NCBI RefSeq assembly: GCF_009914755.1 | Contig: NC_060947.1 | Strand: one strand, 5' to 3' | DNA: 64,000 bases | Source: the human T2T-CHM13v2.0 reference genome, Homo sapiens | Part shown: piece by piece, positions 54,556-64,000 of the stretch | Layout: each line of letters starts with the position of its first letter | Position numbering within the stretch: position 1 is the first letter of the stretch | The notes under the pieces: model-generated | Database searches by the model: none | Seen by the model: the letters and a program-made list of their open reading frames with translations, nothing else | Told to the model about the DNA's origin: nothing | Program-made: the position numbers and the translations under genes

Positions 54556-54649
54556 CAAATTATCCTTTTCATTCGAAATAAAATTGTGGCACATAATTGA
54601 GCTACTATGAGTGATCCTAGTCACATTTTCTAATACCTTTTTATAGCCA

Positions 54650-55060
54650 ATTTATTTTTTAATCAGCCTATTATTTTAGGAGAGTTTTAGATTTACAGAA
54701 AAATTGTGAAGATGCTAGAGAGTTACCATGTTCTCCGCAGCCAGTTTCCCCATTATTAATATCTTAGTATAGTACATTGGTTACAATTAATGAATCAATA
54801 TTGATACATCATTATTAACTGAAGTCCATAACATATCCATATTTTCTTAGTTTTTACCCAACACATTTTTTTCTGTTCCATGACCACATTCAAGATACCA
54901 CATTACATGTACTTATAGGTCTCCTTGGGCTCCTCTTGGCTGTGACAGTTCTCAGACATTTCTTATTTTTGGATGAACTTGATAGTTTTGTGGAGTACTG
55001 GTATAATTTGTAGAATGCCCCTCAATTGGAAATTGTCTGATGTTTTTCCCATTGTTAGAG
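54650..55060 (-). mobile_element. L1MC-like 3'UTR fragment
   Basis: AGTTTTAGATTTACAGAAAAATTG...TTACAATTAATGAATCAATATTGATACATCATTATTAACTGAAGTCCATA. Confidence 0.8.
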
Positions 55061-55351
55061 AAATTCGTGTAATTAAATCCAATATTTTATTTAATCTCAT
55101 GCTGTATGGCATTAATTTCAGATGCAGTTAACTATTTTTTGTTCTTGCTGTAGTTGTTCACAATAGCCTGCCTCTGAACTGTGACAAACTCTCCATTTAA
55201 TCTAGATGTTATGTTAGGCTATTTGTTGATATATTGCTAGAATATTTCATGCTCACATGTTGTCTGATTGGGTGCTTTCATAGCAGCAAAATATTAAATT
55301 TGTATTTGTTTTTTAATTCACTTAATGTATTTTCTGGGTAATTCATTGTAG

Positions 55352-55871
<520 letters not shown>

Positions 55872-56419
55872 TGATACAATAAGAAAACAGTTTGAATTTT
55901 GAGTTATTACTAGGCTATGATTGTTTTAAATAGTCTTAAATAATTACTCAGTTTAGTTAAGTGTGCACATAAAATGTGACTAAACGAGTTGTGACCCCAA
56001 TTCCAGGACAGCAACAGAGGAATCTGAGTTCCTGCACTCTCATTTCATTCCTCTGCCATTGTGTCATGATGAATTACATCCACCATCATTGGACAAAACT
56101 GTGTTTCCTATTGAAGCACTGCCTGACATCCTGAATTTGAACTGTATGGCAGTTTATATTCTAGAGGATGGAACACTTTAAGATAACTTTAACATAAACA
56201 AAAAGACTAAGAAGAGGTCAATATATGAAAAGAATAATCAAAGTTCATTCAGTCCCACTTACTCTTAACTATGTTTGATACAACACAATTCCAAGATCTT
56301 AAAATAATTTAGAAAATTTCCCAATACAGTATGCATTAATCCATAGAAGAATCCAGTATCATATAATACAATTTTTCTACATCTAAGAAATAATAAAATG
56401 AATATCTCTAACTACATTT

Positions 56420-57480
56420 CCTTATTGTGGTAAAACGAATATAATATAAAATTTACAGTTTTAACCATATATAAGTGTACGGTTTACTGGCATTAAGAAC
56501 ATTCACATTGCTGTGAAACCATCACACTATGCATCTATCTATATCTATCTTAAAGACCATATATACATCCTATTGGCTCTTTATATATTCTGTATATTAA
56601 TATCTGTATATTACTTCTGGAATGGCTTCTGATTATTTATTGTGTTACTTTGAACGGGCCAAGTTTTTATATTTCTTTGTATGCCCTATTACTTTTGTTG
56701 TTGGAAATTGAGCATTTGAAAAACAGCTACCTTTCTCACTCCTTACAGACAAGCTCTGTGCTGGCATAGTCCATCACTAATTAGTTGAGTGTATTTTTAG
56801 CCTGATTAGCTCAACGTGAAAGCATAAGGTCTTCTCAAAACTTTCAAGACTATGCATCTTACTTTGGCCTATGTGTGGCTTTCTAAATTCTGTGTACATG
56901 GCTGCTTTTAAATTATTAATTTCCCAAAGACTCTCATATCACCTTTTCTTGGTGCCTTAAATGTTCTACTATATGTCTCCCTGCTTAATCTCTTGTCCCA
57001 GGTGTCTGCAGATCTGTTGTTTCTCTGTAGTTTTTATGAGTATTGCCTGGTACTTTCCACTGTTTTTCCATGCTTGAAGTCTGATGTCACTTTTCCATAA
57101 CTGAACTCTGAGATAAGTAAAAAAAGAGATCAGTCCTTCAGGTAGTCTCCAGTTAGAACATCACTATATGGTCTGCTCTGCTACTTCCAGTTTGAGGAAA
57201 AGAATTGGGAACTGGAATGCTGCTTCCTCTGGACCAAGACCATGCCATGTCAGAGAGGAGGTAGAGCAAATGGGAGTTAAAATGTCCTAAAATGTCCTAT
57301 TATTTCCAATGTGGCTTTTCTTGACTGGGCATTCATTTCATTGTTCTTAATCTTTGACTGTTAACCAAAGCTACTATAAAGTTACTGTAGCCAGTTTCTC
57401 ATCGTTTTTGTTATTGTTGCTTTTAATGTTTCAGTAGAAAAATGAAGGCCTGGAACTTCCTAACTGACCCTTTTGCAGAT
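56420..57480 (-). mobile_element. Old L1M fragments (3' end-like ~56420-56535; 5'/ORF1-like further on)
   Basis: TTATTGTGGTAAAACGAATATAATATAAAATTTACAGTTTTAACC...CACATTGCTGTGAAACCATCAC; remainder very diverged. Confidence 0.5.
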
Positions 57481-57626
57481 ATCCCAACGGTAGTTTTTTC
57501 TTTTAATTGTCTTTTTTATGACCCTGATAACGTGAGTATACAATGAAGAAAAGTCTACATATACAGTCCCATATGCTGCATTAATAAACCATTGTCTATA
57601 GAGTTTTACACACGTATATCACCTTC

Positions 57627-57962
57627 TTTATTTTTATTTTTATTTTTATTTTTTGTTTATTTATTTATTTTTAGATGGAGTCTCGCTCTGTCGCCCAGGC
57701 TGGAGTGCAGTGGTGCAATCTCAGCTCACTGAAAGCTCCACCTTCCAGGTTCACACCATTCTCCTGCCTCAGCCTCCCAAGTAGCTGGGACTACAGGCAC
57801 GCGCCACCACGCCAGGCTAATTTTTTCTTTTTTTTTGTATTTTTAGTAGAGACGGGGTTTCACCGTGTTAGCCAGGATGGTCTCGATCTCCTGACCTCGT
57901 GATCCGCCCACCTCAGCCTCCCAAAGTGCTGGGATTACAGGTGTGAGCCACTGCGCCCGGCC
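57627..57962 (-). mobile_element. AluY
   Basis: AAGCTCC...GGTTCACACCATTCTCC and CCGTGTTAGCCAGGATGGTCTCGATCTCCTGACCTCGTGATCC diagnostics; long T-rich tail. Confidence 0.95.
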
Positions 57963-58084
57963 CTTTATTTTTTATGTTAATTTAAGTCTTGAGAAAAATC
58001 AATAAGGTATATTATTAAATATCGATTATATATTAAAAAACTATGAATGGCATGGGATAAGGGGAGAAAATGACAGTGTAATAA

Positions 58085-58475
58085 CAATAACATGATATTT
58101 GAAGTAGAATTCAACTGGATTCAACACCAAACCTGACCTTGGACAAATTATTCAACATGTAATGACTTATCTGCCTCATCAGTCACTGGTTAGTAGCCTA
58201 AATGTTAAAGCCATCCTGCTTTGGTTTGAATCTTAACTCTGACACTTGCTAGCTATGTGATCTTGAGAGAATCATTGAACCTGTTTTTCCTTATCTATAA
58301 ATGGGATAATTTAAGGTATATACCTCATATTAGCATAATAAGGATTAAATAAGTTACTTTGTAGAAAATGCTTAAAACAGTGACTGGCAATGTTCTCAGC
58401 TATTATCATCTGTAAAGTAGTATAATAATGACTACCATCCAGAGTTCCTGTAAGAAAGAAATTGAATAACTTACA
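58085..58475 (+). mobile_element. MIR fragments (possibly nested)
   Basis: GGTTTGAATCTTAACTCTGACACTTGCTAGCTATGTGATCTTG...TTTCCTTATCTATAAATGGGATAAT; additional TCATCTGTAAAG at ~58410. Confidence 0.7.
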
Positions 58476-58479
58476 AGAT

Positions 58480-58986
58480 AGCAATAAAGGTTAATTTAAT
58501 GTGTCAACTTGACTGGGCCATGGAGGTGTCCCATTTGGTAAAACATTATTTTGGGTGTTCTTATGAGAGTGTTTTGGGATGAGATTAACATTTAAATCAG
58601 TAGACTAAGTAAAGCATACTGTCCTCCCTAATATAAGTGAGCCTTATCCAACCAGTTAAAGGCCTGAATTGAACAAAAAGGCTGACCCTTCTCTGAGCAA
58701 AAAAGAATTCTTTCTGCCTATCTTCAGAGTGGGACATCAGCTTTTTTCCTGCCTTTGGTTCAAACTGATGTACTGGCTCTTCTTGGTTCTCAAGCCTTTT
58801 GATCTTTGGACTGGAACTATACCATCAGCTTTCTGAGTTCTTTGGCTTCTGGACGCAGACTGTAACTAAACTATTGGCACATCTTGTTCTCCAGATTGCT
58901 AACTTAACTTGCCTCCATCAGAACTTCTCAGCCTCCATTATTGCATGAGCCAATTTCTTACAAATCTCTTTCTATATATATATAGA

Positions 58987-59044
<58 letters not shown>

Positions 59045-59092
59045 TGCACACATATATCCTATTGATTTTGTTACTCTGGAGTGTTCTAATAC
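58480..59092 (+). mobile_element. MLT2B/C-like (ERVL) solo LTR with (TG)n(TA)n
   Basis: GGTTAATTTAATGTGTCAACTTGACTGGGCCA...GATGAGATTAACATTTAAATCAG...ATATCCTATTG...CTAATACA. Confidence 0.9.
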
Positions 59093-59485
59093 AATGGAAC
59101 TTGGTGTTCAATGGATGTTTGTGTTTTAAGCCCTGACAAGAATACACCTAAGAATAAATTACTATCTTCAGAGAGCTTACTACTAACTCTGTCCCTGATA
59201 TGCATGTTGATGCCCCACCCCCACCCCAGGTCCCCTCCACCACACAGTCACTATAACTTAAACAAATTTCGAATTAAAATAAATAGCTTTAGAAGCATAT
59301 GGGACATACACAGGACTGTCTTAACTGAAGATAGAAAAGGAAATGAGATAGAAAAGTACTTTTCTTGTCACCTGATTTACTGATTGAAACTAACTGAGCT
59401 ATACAGGTTTGGGAAGAGAATGCAGAAAATAAAGAAAATGAAGAAAGAAACATGGGACTTTAAATGTCTGTCAACTCAAGGCACT

Positions 59486-59668
59486 AAGAAAGAAAAGAAA
59501 AGAAAAGAAGAAAAGAAAAGAAAGAAAGAAAAAAGAAAACAAGGAAAGAAAGAAAGAAAGGAAGAAGGAAAGAAAGAAAGAGAGAGAGAGGGAGGGAGGG
59601 AGGGAGGGATGGAAGGAAGGAAGGAAGGAAGGAAGGAAGGAAGGCAGGCAAGCAAGCAGGCAAAAACA
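59486..59668. repeat. Purine-rich compound tandem repeat (GAAAA/GAAA/GA/GGGA/GGAA/GCAA)
   Basis: ~160 nt almost exclusively A/G on the + strand, followed by GGCA/AGCA units. Confidence 0.95.
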
Positions 59669-60388
59669 ATGCATGATATTTATTTTTAGATTAGTTGGTG
59701 AAAATATGCCCTTATAGGAAGAGTGATTAGATGTCTTCTACAACCAGGAAAGCCTTAAATAAGGCTTTTGGAGAAGGGGAATTTAAAGGTAACTTCAAGC
59801 TTGAGTCAATACAGGTAGTCTTTGTGCCAGATTATAAAAATAAACACCAAAATCACTAAAATTAATCATTAGAATGTGACATATTCACTCCTCCGTCAGA
59901 TTTCTAAAACCCAGAAAATACTCTACCTTTATTCTGAAAATTAAGATGAGACATGAAAAACAAGAAGGAGCAGGAAAAAAAAATAGGTAAAACAGCATAT
60001 GGGAAGGCATTAAACAATATTGCAAGACAGACTGTTTCTGCGCCCTAGACATTTTCTTTTCATATCAAGAAGATGGACTACATTCTGTTTTCTTTTGTTT
60101 TGTTTTACATTCCATAGCAACTTTCAGTGTATTTGCCAAATTCATTTTCAGTACAGTAACTCAGAAACCCAGGCTGGAGAGAGAGATGGGATTTGTTCAC
60201 ACCCAATGACAAGTCAATAGGGATTTGCTCTGTTTATTCTGTTTCAGCCTGGGTGATGCCTGGCAATTAAGTAATTAAGCAGCAATGTGTGGGTTAAATC
60301 AGTTTCTTTTTTTCAAAAAGATAGGAAAGATTGTCGTTCCCCATGTTTTTCTTCAATAGTGTGTGCTTGTCAAAAGTAATTTAATGAG

Positions 60389-60665
60389 GGCCGTGCACTG
60401 TGGCTCACACCTGTAATCCCAGCACTTTGGGAGGCCAACGCAGGTGGCTCACTTGAGGTGAGGAGTTCTGGACCAGCCTGGCCAACATGGTCTACTAAAA
60501 ATACAAAAATTAGCCAGGCGTGGTGGTGTGCACCTGTAATCCCAGTTACTCAGGAGGCTGAGGCGCAAGAATCACTTGAACCGGGGAACCTCAACCAGCC
60601 GAGATTGTGCTGCTGCACTCCAGCCTGGGCGACAGAGCAAGACTCTGTCAAAAAAAAAAAAAAAA
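60389..60665 (+). mobile_element. AluS with small internal deletions and a micro-inversion
   Basis: Dimer with A-tail; TSD-like AAAAGTAATTTAAT / AAAAGTAATGTAAT. Confidence 0.92.
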
Positions 60666-61039
60666 GTAATGTAATTAAATTTATTTAAGGAGGAAATGAC
60701 AGTAAATCTATAATTTCTGTAATTCAGTGTGTCAGGATTAGCAATTTACCCCATGAATGAAAATAAAAAGGAAAGACAGCCCCATATTGAATATTTTCAA
60801 ATCAGTAAATCTTGCTTTACATTTTCATTTACTAATGTATTAATTTTTAATTTCCATTTCATTTCTGGCTATATTGGTTGCCCTCAAATCTTTTTTTTTT
60901 TTTTTTTTTACCCAAGCTTCCATTTCTTCTTCCTGTAAAATGGATAACTAGTGTGGTCATGCCTTGTCAAATTGTATAGCTATTCAGAGTTACAATACAT
61001 AGTTTTGCAGATAACTCAGGAAGCAGAAAATATTGCAAA

Positions 61040-61170
61040 CTTTCTTAGAGATCATCTAGTTACATCCTTTCATTTTACTCATGAGAAACATTAGGTTTAA
61101 TATAATAGGTGACTTTCTCACCGTCATCTCGCATATTATTGCAACAGCTGGTTCTAGGTCTCCTACCTTC
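61040..61170 (-). mobile_element. MIR/MIR3 fragment
   Basis: CTTAGAGATCATCTAGTTACATCCTTTCATTTTACTCATGAGAAAC...GGTGACTTTCTC. Confidence 0.7.
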
Positions 61171-62234
61171 AAGTCAACCCATCTTTTTACTATACATAGC
61201 ATCTTTATAGTTAAGGATCTTTTCTTCAACAACTTGTGATAAAAACTTGGGAACAAAGTATAAATGACATGGTTAGATCATCTTTCTCAAAGATCACTTC
61301 TGAACCAGACAGTCTGATTTTTAAATGTTAGGTGGGAAATATGCCAGCAATTAAAAAGTTCTTTTCCTCTTTTTTAATTGACTTTTTAAAAGTGATGGCA
61401 TGATATATGCAAATAAACTTTGAAATATGATGTAAATAAATATAAAAGCTGCAATCTAGGGGTCATTATCCATAGGTGTTCCATAGAATTTCTTTTTTAT
61501 TTGCTCTACAGATTGTTATCTAATATACCCCTGTTTATTGAACCAGCTGTCGCCATAAATAAAATGGGTTCCTCTTTTAAGAAGTTAATTTTCTGAGGCA
61601 CTCAAAAGAAGTAAAATCATACATATAATACAAATATTGGTGCTTGCTTTTTTTTCAAGCAACTAATACATACAAACATTCTGATGTGTTAAAGCCTGAG
61701 ACACTATAATTACTAAATCAGCCAGGCATGGCCTTAAGTGCCCTGGGGTTTTGAGTGAATAATTTAGGGTAATTATCTCTAGATGACATTACCAGGTATC
61801 TTTGTCTTAATAAGCAAAGATTTCAAGTTCATTGATATTTCTAAGGACAACCATTGTATTCTAAATCGTAAGTTTCCTAGAAGACAGGGACATTATTTTA
61901 ACTTCTATAATTTAAAAATCCTTTCCCATTTCAGCATGTACTACACTCAATATTGCTTTTTATGGACTAAATTGACTATTAAAATATCACCATTATATTA
62001 AACATATATGTGATTAAAGAGATGCAAAAACTAAGGATAATTGAAAGCAAGAATAAAGAAGTATAGAGCCTCAAAATAAATTGACACTTTCCTGTTGCTA
62101 CAACATTTCAGTTGAAAACCCCCTTCTTTCAGCATCATAAACTCTTATTTGCTACTTCTATGGCTCTGGTATTATAACAGTTTTTGCTCCCAATAATAGC
62201 CATTTTTTCCTCCTGGAGACTGAGTAGTATCTTT

Positions 62235-62403
62235 TTTTCTATTTTTTCAAATTTAAGTTCAGGGGTACATGCTCATGTTTGCTACATTGTTGTATTGCCT
62301 AATGGTGGAGATTGGGTTTCTACTGTACCCACCACCCAAATATTGAACATTGTATCCCATATGTAATTTTTCAACCCTCATCATCCACCCACCCTCATAT
62401 TAA
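62235..62403 (-). mobile_element. Short L1 3' end (L1PB-like)
   Basis: TTAAGTTCAGGGGTACATG...GTACCCACCACCCAAATATTGAACATTGTATCC; TSD GAGTAGTATCTTT (62222-62234) / GAGCAGTATCTTT (62404-62416). Confidence 0.85.
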
Positions 62404-62696
62404 GAGCAGTATCTTTAGTTTCAGTTTTCTCCTTTTCATTTTAGCCCTTCCTCTCTAAAACAACTAGACTTTTTACTCAACATTGTCCTTCTCCAATACC
62501 AGCAAAGGCAAAGGGAAAAATTATATTATAGTATGTCGTAATCAGAAATGATCTTTCCTTCTTCCAGATCAGAAATTTTAAAAAATAAGGATGACAAAAA
62601 TATTCACATTTAAATAGTACTTCAAAATCTAGAAAGTATAATAAAATGCCTCCCTCAAGATAGTCTGAATAAGAACCATTTAAGAACAGGTAGGAT

Positions 62697-62850
62697 ATCT
62701 CACACCTGTAATCCCAGGGGTTTGGGAGGCCAAGGCAGGAGGTTCGTTTGAGCCCAGGAGATCAAGGTTACAATAAGCTATGATCATATAACTGCACTCC
62801 ATCCTGGGTGACAGAGTAAGACCCTGTCTCTAACAATAAATAAATAAATA
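62697..62850 (+). mobile_element. Monomeric old Alu (FRAM/AluJ-like)
   Basis: CTCACACCTGTAATCCCAG...TTTGAGCCCAGGAG...GTGACAGAGTAAGACCCTGTCTC plus (TAAA)n. Confidence 0.85.
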
Positions 62851-63259
62851 GCCATTCATCTCCCCTGCTATTCTCCTTTTAATATGACAACAATTAGGTA
62901 ATCATGTTACTATCTTAGCCAGTTTTATTATTTATTTTATACTTCTCCCTCTTGAAATTTTTCACTGTCTCACACTTTTTACATGAATAATTTAACCTAT
63001 ATGGATTTGGATTTCAACACCGAAACTAATAACCCTAGCACTTTTGACAACTTTTCAGAAGCTAAGGCAACTGTCTACTTAAAAGGGTTGGCCTTTTATT
63101 TTTCCACCCTAGAGACCACTAAATGTTTTTAAACTAACATAAAACACCTGTGATAAAGAGTGAAATGAAGGATTCAGGCAATGCATCATCATCTTATCTT
63201 TCCCAGATAATAAAATAAAACCTCCTAAGTAAACCATCTCCCTGTTTATATGTTTGTGT

Positions 63260-63812
63260 CTTCCATTAGTCTATACTAAACACAGCAACCAGAACAAATA
63301 TTTGTACAAGAATTAGCCAGACTGTGATTGCTCTGCTCAAAAATGCCCAATAGCTGCACCCTACATATTTTCTAACATCATTACTTACCATTCTCCCGCT
63401 TACTCACTTCTCCCTAGCTACATGGGCCTTGAATAGGTCAAGCTCATTCTCACCTCAGAATCATTGCCCTTGTTCCTCTGTGTGAAGGCATGTATTCCTG
63501 ATCTTTGCATGGCTTTCTCTTTGATAAATATCCTATCTTAAATAATGTATAAATACATGTTTATTTACACCTATTAAAATATCCACTTACTCTGTGTTAT
63601 TTTTACAGCATTAGCATTACCTCACATTATATTATATATTTATTTGTTATCTACCCATCCAACTAAAATATAAGCTCCTGAAGCACTGGACTTTGTCTTT
63701 TCTTCACTGTATCACTAGAACCTGATAAAATAGCACATTAAAAAAGTGCCTAACACATTTAAAAGTATTCAGTGACCACTTATTGACTAAATGAGTGTAT
63801 GAATTAATGACC
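63260..63812 (+). mobile_element. L2 3' end (L2a-like)
   Basis: CTAAAATATAAGCTCCTGAAGCACTGGACTTTGTCTTTTCTTCACTGTATCAC...TATTGACTAAATGAGTGTATGAATTAATGA. Confidence 0.8.
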
Positions 63813-63917
63813 AAAGAACGTGGGTACTAGCCTTGACTCACAATTCTCAGTAATTTCAATATACACTGGAATAATCCTTTTAATATCATGACTTCACTGT
63901 TCCTTTTATTTCCCTCT

Positions 63918-64000
63918 TGATATGGTTTAGATCTGTGTCCTCATCAAAATCTCATGTTGAAATGCAATCCCCAATACTGGAGGTGGGGCCTGGTGGGAGG
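63918..64000 (+). mobile_element. MST (MaLR) LTR 5' end, cut by the window edge
   Basis: TGATATGGTTTAGATCTGTGTCC...ATCTCATGTTGAAATGCAATCCCCAA...GGAGGTGGGGCCTGGTGGGAGG. Confidence 0.88.

Noticed and set aside
59384-59689. Lys/Glu/Arg-rich 101-aa ORF and antisense Phe/Leu/Ser ORFs
   Set aside because: Artefact of a stop-free purine-rich simple repeat.
59749-59768. 8-bp stem AAAGCCTT/AAGGCTTT (and ATGTAAA/TTTACAT near 45205)
   Set aside because: Short AT-rich stems are expected by chance in 64 kb.

Overview
AT-rich, CpG-depleted primate (most likely human or great-ape) non-coding genomic DNA, intronic or intergenic. It contains Alu (J/S/Y), L1 (L1PA2-like through L1M), L2, MIR, CR1/L3-like, MaLR/ERVL solo LTRs and DNA transposons (Tigger1, Tigger3, MER44, MER20). 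I found no convincing host protein-coding exon, RNA gene, CpG island or CRISPR-like array. The long ORFs in the track are L1 ORF2, Tigger or Alu remnants, or chance ORFs, and I cannot name the locus. Subfamily labels come from remembered consensus motifs, not alignments. The best-supported unusual structures concern retrotransposition mechanics: a ~100-nt young L1 with a 3' transduction inside a perfect 16-bp TSD (44334-44524); a twin-primed L1PB; an internally deleted L1 replacing part of a Tigger1 without a TSD; head-to-head Alus 28 bp apart; and micro-rearrangements inside Alus. Repeat-poor stretches at ~31-37 kb and ~41.6-48 kb hold weaker candidates (CTCF-like site, hairpin cluster, orphan splice acceptors). 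I see no evidence of a novel multi-gene system.
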